From a bacterium (GTDB taxonomy: Bacteria; Patescibacteriota; Minisyncoccia; JAUYLV01): DNA of 64,000 nucleotides. The first letter of the stretch is position 1. Each line of letters begins with the position of its first letter. Positions 38,144 through 45,978 of the stretch are shown one piece after another. The position numbers were made by a program, and so were the translations under genes. The DNA lies in NCBI GenBank assembly GCA_030649025.1, contig JAUSGO010000028.1, forward strand, positions 1,074 through 65,073, read 5' to 3'. The notes beneath the pieces are model-generated. The model was given only the letters and a program-made list of their open reading frames with translations. It was not told where the DNA came from and searched no databases.

Positions 38144-40291
38144 ATGGAAATAAACGATCAGGCAAGCGTATACTTCGCCCGCACTAACTTTCGCGGGGAA
38201 GACAGGATTTTCGGCATTAAGACCAAAGACCGCAGACAGCACATGTACGTGGTCGGCAAGACCGGCTGCGGCAAGTCGGTCATGCTTAAAAACATCGCCG
38301 TGCAGGATATTCAGAACGGCTCGGGTATTGCCGTGGTAGACCCGCATGGGGAACTCGTAGAAGAAATCCTTGCCTCCATACCCCCGCATCGTATCAACGA
38401 TGTGATTTATTTTAACCCAGCCGATGCCGAATTCCCCATTGGCTTTAACGTGCTGGAGGTTCCGGACCCGAAATACAAACATGTGGTCGCTTCGGATCTC
38501 ATGGGGATCTTCACGAAAATTTGGGCAAACGTCTGGTCGGCGCGCATGGAGTACATCATGCAAAACTGCATAATGGCCTTACTCGATACGCCCGGAACCA
38601 CCCTGCTTGGCATTCCGCGGCTTTTGGTTGACCGGGAATACCGCACGAAGATCATTGCAAACATCAAGGATCCTGTAGTGAGGGCATTCTGGACGCAGGA
38701 GTATGAGAATTATACCGACCGTTTGCGCTCGGAAGCCATCGTGCCCATCCAGAACAAAGTAGGCCAGTTCCTGAACACCTCCATGGTGCGCAATATCATG
38801 GGCCAGCCCAAAAGCGGTTTTAATGTGCAGGATGTTATGAATTCTGGAAAGATTCTCTTGGTGAACGTCTCAAAGGGACGGATTGGCGAAGATAATTCGG
38901 CATTGCTTGGCGCCATGATGATCACAAAATTACAGCTTGGCGCCATGGAAAGAGTCCGCGTTGCCGAGAAGGATCGCAAGGATTTTTATCTCTATGTTGA
39001 CGAGTTCCAGAACTTCGCGACGGATTCATTCGCTTCGGTGCTTTCGGAAGCCAGAAAATACCGACTCAATCTTGTCATTGCGCATCAATACATCGGACAG
39101 CTGGTTACCGAGCAGTCCACCAAGGTGCGGGATGCCGTATTCGGCAACGCCGGGACCATCATTACATTCCGGGTAGGAGCGGTTGATGCAGAATTTCTGG
39201 AAACAGAGTTTACTCCGGAATTCCTGCCGGAAGACCTGGTGAATCTCCCCAATTATCATATTTACACGAAACTCATGGTTGACGGCGTCACTTCTAGGCC
39301 ATTCTCCGCAACAACGCTCCCCCCCATACCGGTGGAAGAATCTGATCAAACGGTAGAAAAGATCATTAAAATATCGCGCGAGCGTTATTCTCTGCCCCGC
39401 AAAGAGGTTGAGGAGCGCATTATGCGGTGGAGCGGCATGGATTTTTCGGAAACCGAAAGCACTCCGGAAGATGAGTTTGTTTTCGGACCGAAAACTGCCG
39501 CTTCCGGACAAAGGGGAGCGTCTGACGCTCGGCAATCTGGATCTTTTTTAAACAGAAAAAACGATAAGGCTCCGAGCGTTCCTTTGCAGCTTTTCAACGC
39601 CGTATGTGCGCGATGTAAAAAACAGACCGAAGTGAATTTTCAGCCCGATGGCAGACGGCCGGTGTATTGCAAGCTATGCCTGCCCATAATCCGCTCGGAG
39701 GAGGTGAAAAAACTAAAATCCGAAACATTCGCAAGTTCCGTAGCAGAAAAACCGGCATCTCAACGAAATGTTGTCGGGGCATATGGCACGCCCCGGCCCA
39801 CCCCGCCAAATCTCCAGCAAAGCGAGCCGGCTCCCCTGCCCGCAAGGCGTCGCCCCGGCCCTGGCGCGGATTTTCCAACCGTTCGGCCAACCTCTTTTAA
39901 GGTTGCGCCCGCCGTCCCAACTAACATCGTGGATCTTTCAATCCCAAATAAAATTCAACAAGAGAAGTCAGGAATTCTCAAAGAAGTCGGGACCGGGCCG
40001 AAGGTCGGGATAAAAGCTATTTCCCTCAAGGATGCCCTTCAAATGGACGGACTGACATTTTCCGGTAAAAGACTGAAGCGAAAAGAAGTGGATCTTACGG
40101 CTTTGCGCGAAGCGCTGGGTGCATCGTTAGAATCGCGCGAGCTTCCCGATGCGCCAACTTCACCAGAACCTTACCTCGCCCCGCAGCAAGGCAGACGGGG
40201 CGAGCCGAAACATGAAACGGGCTCCGTGCCACAACACAAAGGCGCCCCACTCCGTCCGGGCCAGATTGTGACGCTTAGAGCAGAGGAGTAG
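38144..40291 (+). CDS. VirD4/TraD/HerA-like ATPase (DUF87) with CxxC-x17-CxxC zinc ribbon
   Basis: DRRQHMYVVGKTGCGKS, DPHG, LYVDEFQN, SEARKY..AHQY; CARC..F.PDG.RPVYCKLC. Confidence 0.85.
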   Translation: MEINDQASVYFARTNFRGEDRIFGIKTKDRRQHMYVVGKTGCGKSVMLKNIAVQDIQNGSGIAVVDPHGELVEEILASIPPHRINDVIYFNPADAEFPIGFNVLEVPDPKYKHVVASDLMGIFTKIWANVWSARMEYIMQNCIMALLDTPGTTLLGIPRLLVDREYRTKIIANIKDPVVRAFWTQEYENYTDRLRSEAIVPIQNKVGQFLNTSMVRNIMGQPKSGFNVQDVMNSGKILLVNVSKGRIGEDNSALLGAMMITKLQLGAMERVRVAEKDRKDFYLYVDEFQNFATDSFASVLSEARKYRLNLVIAHQYIGQLVTEQSTKVRDAVFGNAGTIITFRVGAVDAEFLETEFTPEFLPEDLVNLPNYHIYTKLMVDGVTSRPFSATTLPPIPVEESDQTVEKIIKISRERYSLPRKEVEERIMRWSGMDFSETESTPEDEFVFGPKTAASGQRGASDARQSGSFLNRKNDKAPSVPLQLFNAVCARCKKQTEVNFQPDGRRPVYCKLCLPIIRSEEVKKLKSETFASSVAEKPASQRNVVGAYGTPRPTPPNLQQSEPAPLPARRRPGPGADFPTVRPTSFKVAPAVPTNIVDLSIPNKIQQEKSGILKEVGTGPKVGIKAISLKDALQMDGLTFSGKRLKRKEVDLTALREALGASLESRELPDAPTSPEPYLAPQQGRRGEPKHETGSVPQHKGAPLRPGQIVTLRAEE

Positions 40292-40416
40292 CACGTACGC
40301 CCCATAGCTAGACATCCGAAGACATTCGGATGTTTTGTTTTTTTGACTTTTTCTAGATAGCCGGCTATGATACGCCGTTGGTTCATTGAAATTATTCTTG
40401 ATAGAAGGGGGTAGTA

Positions 40417-41772
40417 ATGGTGACAAAAAGACCAATCCTCGAGATTCCCGGTCCAAAAGCCCGGGAAGTCATTGAACGACAGAAAAAGTACACGGCAACA
40501 ACAACGGTGGATTCTCCTTTGGTAGCGAAGCGTGGAAATGGAGTTTGGCTTACAACTGTCGACGATCAATTGGTGCTGGACGGAACAAGTGGCGTTGGCG
40601 TCTCCGGTCTTGGTTACGGAAATGTCGGACTGATACGCGCGGTCATTGATGAGCTCATGAATCGCATTCCACAGTTTATCGCGAATGATTTTCCTGGGGA
40701 GACGCCTTCACTGCTTGCCGAGAAGCTCTCAACGTTCGTTCATGTGATAAAACCGTCCGGAGGCGTTGCAAAAACCTGTTTCGCGAATGATGGCACCGGC
40801 GCAAATGAAACGGCAGTGAAACTCCTCTTACATACCCAGCCGGGTAAAAATGTCTTTCTCGCATTCGTCGGCGCATTCCATGGACGCACCGGCTTCTCGC
40901 TTCCGCTCATGGGAAGCAAATCTATTCATACGCGGGATTTTCCGAAAGCCTATACGGTGCTCCATGTGCCATTCCCCGAACAGGGAAAGAGTTCCTGGTA
41001 TGGAAACCGGGCTATTGAATGGGAGCGCTGCATTGATGCGTTCATAGAGCGGGAATACTTCGGCAGCGTGGTTGACCCAAAGAAAATCGCCGGCATATTC
41101 CTCGAGATAGTGCAGGGCGAGGGAGGAATCCGCCCCATATCGCCCGAAGGTTTGTGGCGCATAATAAAGCTCTCCAGAAAATATGACATTCCCATCGTGG
41201 TTGACGAGGTCCAGACGGGCTTCGGGAGAACGGGGAAGCTTTTCGCCTTCGAGCGTTATGATTTTGAGCCACATGTGGTCACCATGGCAAAGAGCTTCAC
41301 CCAACTGGTCCCGGGGGGCGCTACGGTATTCGGAGAGCAGTATGATTTCAAGGAAGAGGGGGTTCATTCGGGAACATTCCAGGGAAATGCCATGGCGTGC
41401 CGGGCGGCACTGCAAGTCATCGCGGCGTTTGAAGACGGAAGCCTTCTTGCGCATGTAAACGAAATGTCGGGAGTTTTGAAAGATCTTGCGGACCGTTTTG
41501 CTTCATACGCCGAAAGAAAACTGCATGGCGCCGTCCGCGACGTGCGAGGACTCGGGCTTATGTATGGAATCGAGTTCGGTGATGCGAAATTTCGTGACGA
41601 AGTTTTGCATCGCTCTCTTATTCGCGGCCTCAACCTTATCGGTGCCGGCCACAAAGAGAAGAACCCGACGATCCGTCTTTTGCCGCCGCTTATCATTCGG
41701 AAGGCGGAACTAAAGGAAATGTTCGAAATCCTTCACGAAGCTTTCGATGCCACGGTAGATCTTATAAGATGA
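40417..41772 (+). CDS. Class III PLP-dependent aminotransferase (ArgD/GabT/ornithine aminotransferase-like)
   Basis: AFHGRT, EIVQGEGG, DEVQTGFGRTG, TMAKS, HSGTF.GN, RGLGLM. Confidence 0.9.
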   Translation: MVTKRPILEIPGPKAREVIERQKKYTATTTVDSPLVAKRGNGVWLTTVDDQLVLDGTSGVGVSGLGYGNVGLIRAVIDELMNRIPQFIANDFPGETPSLLAEKLSTFVHVIKPSGGVAKTCFANDGTGANETAVKLLLHTQPGKNVFLAFVGAFHGRTGFSLPLMGSKSIHTRDFPKAYTVLHVPFPEQGKSSWYGNRAIEWERCIDAFIEREYFGSVVDPKKIAGIFLEIVQGEGGIRPISPEGLWRIIKLSRKYDIPIVVDEVQTGFGRTGKLFAFERYDFEPHVVTMAKSFTQLVPGGATVFGEQYDFKEEGVHSGTFQGNAMACRAALQVIAAFEDGSLLAHVNEMSGVLKDLADRFASYAERKLHGAVRDVRGLGLMYGIEFGDAKFRDEVLHRSLIRGLNLIGAGHKEKNPTIRLLPPLIIRKAELKEMFEILHEAFDATVDLIR

Positions 41773-41834
41773 TTGTTTTTACGAAAAACGCCGCAGAGAA
41801 TGCGGCGCTTCTTTTTTGCAAGTTTTACTATTAT

Positions 41835-42404
41835 TTATGCTTTTTCAACCCGTTCCACATATTCTTTTAAGGCGGTGTTCACACGAATAATGTCACCCTC
41901 TTCAATAAAGAGCGGCGCCTGTACAGTAAATCCTGTTTCCAATTTCACTGCTTTGGTCCCGCCTTGCGCGGTATTCCCCCGAATGGAGGGCGGAGCCTCT
42001 ATGACCCTGAGGTCCATTTTAGGAGGAAGTTCGATATTCAAAATTTCTTCCCCGAAACGGATAGCATCTGCCTCACCGTTCGGTCTAAGGAACGAGGTTG
42101 TGTCGCCGAGTTGCTCTTGGCTGAAGGTGATGCGATTTTTTGGATTCCCCTTCTCATGGAATGTAAATTGTCCCCGGTGGCCGAACAGAAATACCACCTT
42201 CATGCGGTTGATATCGGCCTCCTCAAAAACTTCGCCTTGCTGGAAATTCTGTTCAAAAACCTGTCCTGTTTTGAGGTTCCGGATCTTTGTCTGCATAACA
42301 GGCCTTCTCTGTTGCATTTTTAGGTGATTTGACCAAAGCACCACATGCGGGTCCCCGCCGTAGACGAATAATGCCCCCGATTTGAGATCGTTTGTTCCGA
42401 GCAT
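41835..42404 (-). CDS. efp: Elongation factor P
   Basis: DLKSG, KIRNLKTG, RGNTAQGGTK..LETG..PLFIEEGD..VNT..YVER. Confidence 0.92.
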   Translation of the reverse strand: MLGTNDLKSGALFVYGGDPHVVLWSNHLKMQQRRPVMQTKIRNLKTGQVFEQNFQQGEVFEEADINRMKVVFLFGHRGQFTFHEKGNPKNRITFSQEQLGDTTSFLRPNGEADAIRFGEEILNIELPPKMDLRVIEAPPSIRGNTAQGGTKAVKLETGFTVQAPLFIEEGDIIRVNTALKEYVERVEKA

Positions 42405-42616
42405 AGAAGAAAATTACACCCCACCTATTGTATCCGAACTTCCGTTTTTGGCAATACCGTTGGGCAGACAACCGAAGCGTCCATCGTCGCACGGCCAAGA
42501 TTTTCTGTCTTCGCTGATGGCTAGGCATATTGCGAGCTGGGGATAGTAATGCCTATCCAAAAAGCTCGCGGCGTGCTATACTATAAACATGGTTCGTTAT
42601 CATTAAGAATACGTTT

Positions 42617-42730
42617 ATGGATGTCCAACAACAGGAATTCAACGCAACTCCTGTACTTATCAACCTAGGACTCTTTTTGATTATGGCAACCTATATGGCT
42701 GCCGCCCTAGGTTTCGTGCTTGCGCGCTAG
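42617..42730 (+). CDS. Small single-TM protein (37 aa), absent from the ORF track
   Basis: MDVQQQEFNATPVLINLGLFLIMATYMAAALGFVLAR*; upstream TATACT; downstream hairpin terminator at about 42752-42785. Confidence 0.5.
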   Translation: MDVQQQEFNATPVLINLGLFLIMATYMAAALGFVLAR

Positions 42731-42829
42731 GCGCCGAGCACTAAAAAAATCGAGCGCCGCTCCCATGAGAGCGGCCTCTTTTTTATTTCATCTCTAGGCT
42801 TGCTCAATAAGACTCACTACGGCCAGTCA

Positions 42830-43246
42830 TCAATTTTTCAATACTTCTTCAATTCTTAATTTAATTGCCCCTACTACCTCTGCCGGAGCAGAAAAGCCAT
42901 GGTCAGTTTTGTAGTTATGGCCGTACAGCCCGTCCTCGAAAAAGATTCCTTCAAACTCTTTCGGTTTGGCATAACGCGGAATGAAGTGTCCATGTAAATG
43001 CCTTGTCTCGTTACCAAGGAAGGCATAGTTCAGCCAATCCGGCTGAAATGCTTTTTGAATTGCGCCCCCGAGTTCTCTTAGAACAACGAACAGCTCTCGC
43101 TGTTCTTCTGGAGTTGCGTCGGCCAAATCCAAAGCATCCTCTCGGTTACACCAGACGACACAACGCCCAAGATAGCTTTGATTCTGATGAAGGAAAATTG
43201 ACCAGTATGTATAGTCCTTAATTTTATATTTTGAAAAATCTTCCAT
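42830..43246 (-). CDS. HIT family hydrolase
   Basis: WLNYAFLGNETRHLHGHFIPRY histidine triad. Confidence 0.88.
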   Translation of the reverse strand: MEDFSKYKIKDYTYWSIFLHQNQSYLGRCVVWCNREDALDLADATPEEQRELFVVLRELGGAIQKAFQPDWLNYAFLGNETRHLHGHFIPRYAKPKEFEGIFFEDGLYGHNYKTDHGFSAPAEVVGAIKLRIEEVLKN

Positions 43247-43280
43247 AGATTATGGTAAATATGCGTAGTTTGTTATGGAT

Positions 43281-43298
43281 TGGTGCGGCGGGAGAGAG
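43281..43298 (-). repeat. att-like duplicate of the 3' end of the Leu twin
   Basis: TGGTGCGGCGGGAGAGAG matches 44717-44734 (TGGTGCCGCGGGAGAGAG) at 17/18; followed by the REP-like CTTGTCCTGAGCTCGTCGAAG. Confidence 0.7.
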
Positions 43299-43444
43299 CG
43301 CTTGTCCTGAGCTCGTCGAAGAGATGTTTGAACGATGCTCGCTCCAGTCATTTTCTCTGACGGAGCAGCTCCCCATTCACTCGTAATGGTTTAATGGCTT
43401 GGAATCGCCCGAACCAGAGAAGCGCTATGTAAAACAAAAACGAA

Positions 43445-43930
43445 CTATTTAGCGCCCGCCTGACGATTCCTATTCCAGCCCCAGTCGTCCCAGTATTTTG
43501 AAATTAAAGACCTCCCCTCTTTACTATCCAAAATAAAATAAACAGCGGCGTCATCTTGTTTTTCGCCTTGCGAAAATGCGCGGAATTCCAAACTCCTCGG
43601 GCTTTCTTTCGATACGTGTGTAATGCCTAGCTGTTTCGCACGCTTAACGGTTTTATCCACGAGCTTGTCAACCACAAAATAAGGAAGCACCCCGACAGGC
43701 GGAAGCTCTAACTTTCTTGATTCTATCCATAAACCCATGACTTCTTTTAGTTTTTCCGGTGTTTCTGCATTATGTCGATCAACCGCCTCCTGCAGGGTTT
43801 GCGGCATTTTGTCCGACCGCTTCTTTTTGCCAGAAGACTCGTCTGGCAACCCGGCCCCAGCCGTTCTTTCCAATTCTTCCCTTAATTCTTCGGGGAGGTG
43901 CTTCGCCCAAGGTGAGAATTCTTCTTTCAT
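43445..43930 (-). CDS. Hypothetical protein (cassette)
   Basis: 161-aa ORF between att-like sites. Confidence 0.65.
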   Translation of the reverse strand: MKEEFSPWAKHLPEELREELERTAGAGLPDESSGKKKRSDKMPQTLQEAVDRHNAETPEKLKEVMGLWIESRKLELPPVGVLPYFVVDKLVDKTVKRAKQLGITHVSKESPRSLEFRAFSQGEKQDDAAVYFILDSKEGRSLISKYWDDWGWNRNRQAGAK

Positions 43931-44132
43931 GTTTATTGATAGTTATGTTCTTGTACGCACGCTAAAAATCAGACTATAACTACTAGATTGCCTCACTAAA
44001 ATCAATTGTTGGTGCAGTATTCTTGAATTAGTCCGAACGCATTTTTCCGAAAAAATCCCCTCGAGAAAATTCGGAACGGTGGCGGAGCTGCGCCGCTGAC
44101 AATTTCAAGTTTTTCTTTGGCGGCAAATTATT

Positions 44133-44573
44133 TTAAAGGATGAAAAAAACTAAAAGCAAAAAGCTTGTAAAAATAAGTTCCTGTATCGAAAAATACTTTA
44201 TTATGGGCTTCCGCAGATTAATTTTGTTGATTGGAAAAAGTGGAAAAAGATCTGCATTATTGAGAGCATCTAAAACTAAATGGGCTAGATACGCAAAGCC
44301 AAATATTAAACCAATCCCTTTATCTAATATGAGAACTAGTATGGAAATAGCCGCCCATGAGAATACGTTGTGTAAAAAACGATGGTCACCCCTGGGATCG
44401 CGTCGCTCCATCATGGCAACTGCCAGTTTTTTGGGTTTGAATAAAATTCCATGTTTGAAATATGATATTACATGGTCCAAATCAATTGCCATTGAACCAA
44501 TTAGTGAAGCTGGATAATTACCCGTTAGCTTACCTATAATTAGACCCGCAATGAAGTGTGTTGGTAATAGCAT
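44133..44573 (-). CDS. Membrane-bound metal-dependent hydrolase (YdjM-like)
   Basis: PTH, IDLDH, HRFLHN and HLVLD motifs; very AT-rich. Confidence 0.8.
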   Translation of the reverse strand: MLLPTHFIAGLIIGKLTGNYPASLIGSMAIDLDHVISYFKHGILFKPKKLAVAMMERRDPRGDHRFLHNVFSWAAISILVLILDKGIGLIFGFAYLAHLVLDALNNADLFPLFPINKINLRKPIIKYFSIQELIFTSFLLLVFFIL

Positions 44574-44589
44574 ACGTGTTAATTATCTC

Positions 44590-44748
44590 AAAAATAAAAT
44601 GATTAAAAAATTTTCTTCCCCCAAATCGGGAAACCGTGAATTCGTTTTTACCCCCAAAATTGAATACAAATTAGTCGCCAAGCAAGGCGAACCTTTCAAA
44701 CTTACAATTTCCTTTTTGGTGCCGCGGGAGAGAGTCGAACTCTCATGA
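44590..44748 (+). pseudogene. Probable C-terminal remnant of a site-specific recombinase reading into the tRNA 3' end
   Basis: ..EFVFTPKIEYKLVA..FLVPRERVELS runs antisense across the twin's TGGTGCC end, as integrase tails spanning att sites do; no catalytic domain present. Confidence 0.4.
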
Positions 44749-44753
44749 GGTTA

Positions 44754-44823
44754 TCCTGGGCGGATTATTATTTTTCAGAAACATCGTAGCCGCCCGCGAC
44801 ATCTGAAATCGTTCAGATGTCGC
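44754..44823 (-). repeat. tRNA-insertion element (Leu twin, variable loop)
   Basis: GCGACATCTGAA-CGAT-TTCAGATGTCGC + GGGCGG-loop-CCGCCC-AGGA. Confidence 0.8.
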
Positions 44824-44862
44824 CCCTCGCAGCATTTTGAGTGCTGTGCGTCTGCCATTTTC

Positions 44863-44931
44863 TCCTGGGCGACCGACCATTTTCAAGAAGCATTGTAGTC
44901 GCCCGCGAAATGGTCTCCCAGACCATTTCTC
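44863..44931 (-). repeat. tRNA-insertion element (Leu twin, D-arm)
   Basis: GAAATGGTCT-GGG-AGACCATTTC + GC + GGGCGAC-loop-GTCGCCC-AGGA. Confidence 0.8.
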
Positions 44932-44951
44932 CCACCTTGGCGCACCCAATG

Positions 44952-45032
44952 TGCCCGGGAGAGGAGTCGAACCTCCATGCCTTGCGGCACACGATTTTGA
45001 GTCGTGCGTGTCTGCCATTCCACCACCCGGGC
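44952..45032 (-). tRNA. tRNA-Leu(CAA)
   Basis: GCCCGGG/CCCGGGC acceptor, TGGCAGAC D-loop, CACGA-CTCAAAA-TCGTG, variable arm, GGTTCGACTCC; CCA not encoded. Confidence 0.96.
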
Positions 45033-45111
45033 GCTCAAACAGATACGTTTATTCTACTGAATTTTTTCGTATTGTCAAAGCGTGGTTTTCTTGTTACACT
45101 GGGTGAGTCGT

Positions 45112-45969
45112 ATGCCAAAAATCATATCAATGGTAAATCAAAAAGGGGGCGTCGGGAAAACGACGTCCTGCGTGAATCTTTCGGCATACCTTGCGGCGCT
45201 TGGCAAGCGAGTTCTTATTGTTGATATTGATCCGCAGGCGAACGCTTCAAGCGGCATCGGCATACGCCACGAATCGCTTGAAGCGCATATGTACCACGTA
45301 CTCATCGGCGAAGCGCATCCGGAAGGCGTCATACGGCACACGTCGCTTTTTTCTTGCGACCTCCTGCCATCGGCTCCGGATCTTGCCGGAGCGGCCATCG
45401 AGTTGGTTTCGATGCCCAATCGCGAATTCAAGTTACATGAAGCCCTCAAAAATATCGTTACCCCCTATGATTACATTCTCATTGATTCCCCCCCCTCGCT
45501 CGGTCTTCTTACGGTAAACGGCCTTGTCGCCGCAGACGAGATCATCATTCCGGTACAATGCGAATACTATGCCCTGGAAGGACTTGGACAACTGCTTAAA
45601 ACCGTTGAGCTTGTGCGCGAACACCTTGAAAAAGATATTAAAGTCATGGGTGTTCTGCTCACCATGTATGATCGCAGAAATCGCCTTGCGCGTCTCGTAG
45701 AAAAAGAGGTTCGGCGCAATTTCCCGGGGTATGTTTTCGATACGGTCATTCCGCGCAACGTGGAGCTGGCGGAGGCGCCGAGTTTCGGTAAAACCATCTT
45801 GCAGTATGAGCCCGCAAGCCGCGGCGCGCGCTCGTATCGCCAGCTGGCGGAGGAATTTTTGAGAATTGATGTTGCGCCATCCCCTTCGCCCGAAACGGTG
45901 AAAGTCTCCGAAATCCCCGTTGAAGCTGGGCGCGAAATACAACCTCCGGCTACTCATCTAATGATTTAA
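45112..45969 (+). CDS. parA: Chromosome partitioning ATPase ParA/Soj
   Basis: NQKGGVGKTT, DIDPQAN, DSPPSLG, PVQCEYYALEG, IPRNVELAEAPSFG. Confidence 0.95.
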   Translation: MPKIISMVNQKGGVGKTTSCVNLSAYLAALGKRVLIVDIDPQANASSGIGIRHESLEAHMYHVLIGEAHPEGVIRHTSLFSCDLLPSAPDLAGAAIELVSMPNREFKLHEALKNIVTPYDYILIDSPPSLGLLTVNGLVAADEIIIPVQCEYYALEGLGQLLKTVELVREHLEKDIKVMGVLLTMYDRRNRLARLVEKEVRRNFPGYVFDTVIPRNVELAEAPSFGKTILQYEPASRGARSYRQLAEEFLRIDVAPSPSPETVKVSEIPVEAGREIQPPATHLMI

Positions 45970-45978
45970 TGCACATCG

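Larger units (their letters stand above)
44717..44941 (-). ncRNA. Interrupted tRNA-Leu(CAA)-like twin with D-arm and variable-loop insertions
   Basis: After removing both inserts: CAGCA-CTCAAAA-TGCTG, variable arm GAGG-GTAA-CCTC, GAGAG-TTCGACT-CTCTC, ACCA end; acceptor GCCAAGG/CCGCGGC has two mismatches. Confidence 0.78.

Noticed and set aside
38144-40291. Conjugative element implied by the VirD4-like ATPase next to a tRNA
   Set aside because: No relaxase, VirB genes, integrase or att duplicate; stand-alone ATPases of this kind are commonplace in CPR chromosomes
21252-44931. tRNA insertions as group I introns or hammerhead ribozymes
   Set aside because: About 70 nt is far too short for a group I intron and the positions are outside the anticodon loop; no CUGANGA/GAAA core seen. 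Other ribozyme classes could not be tested by eye
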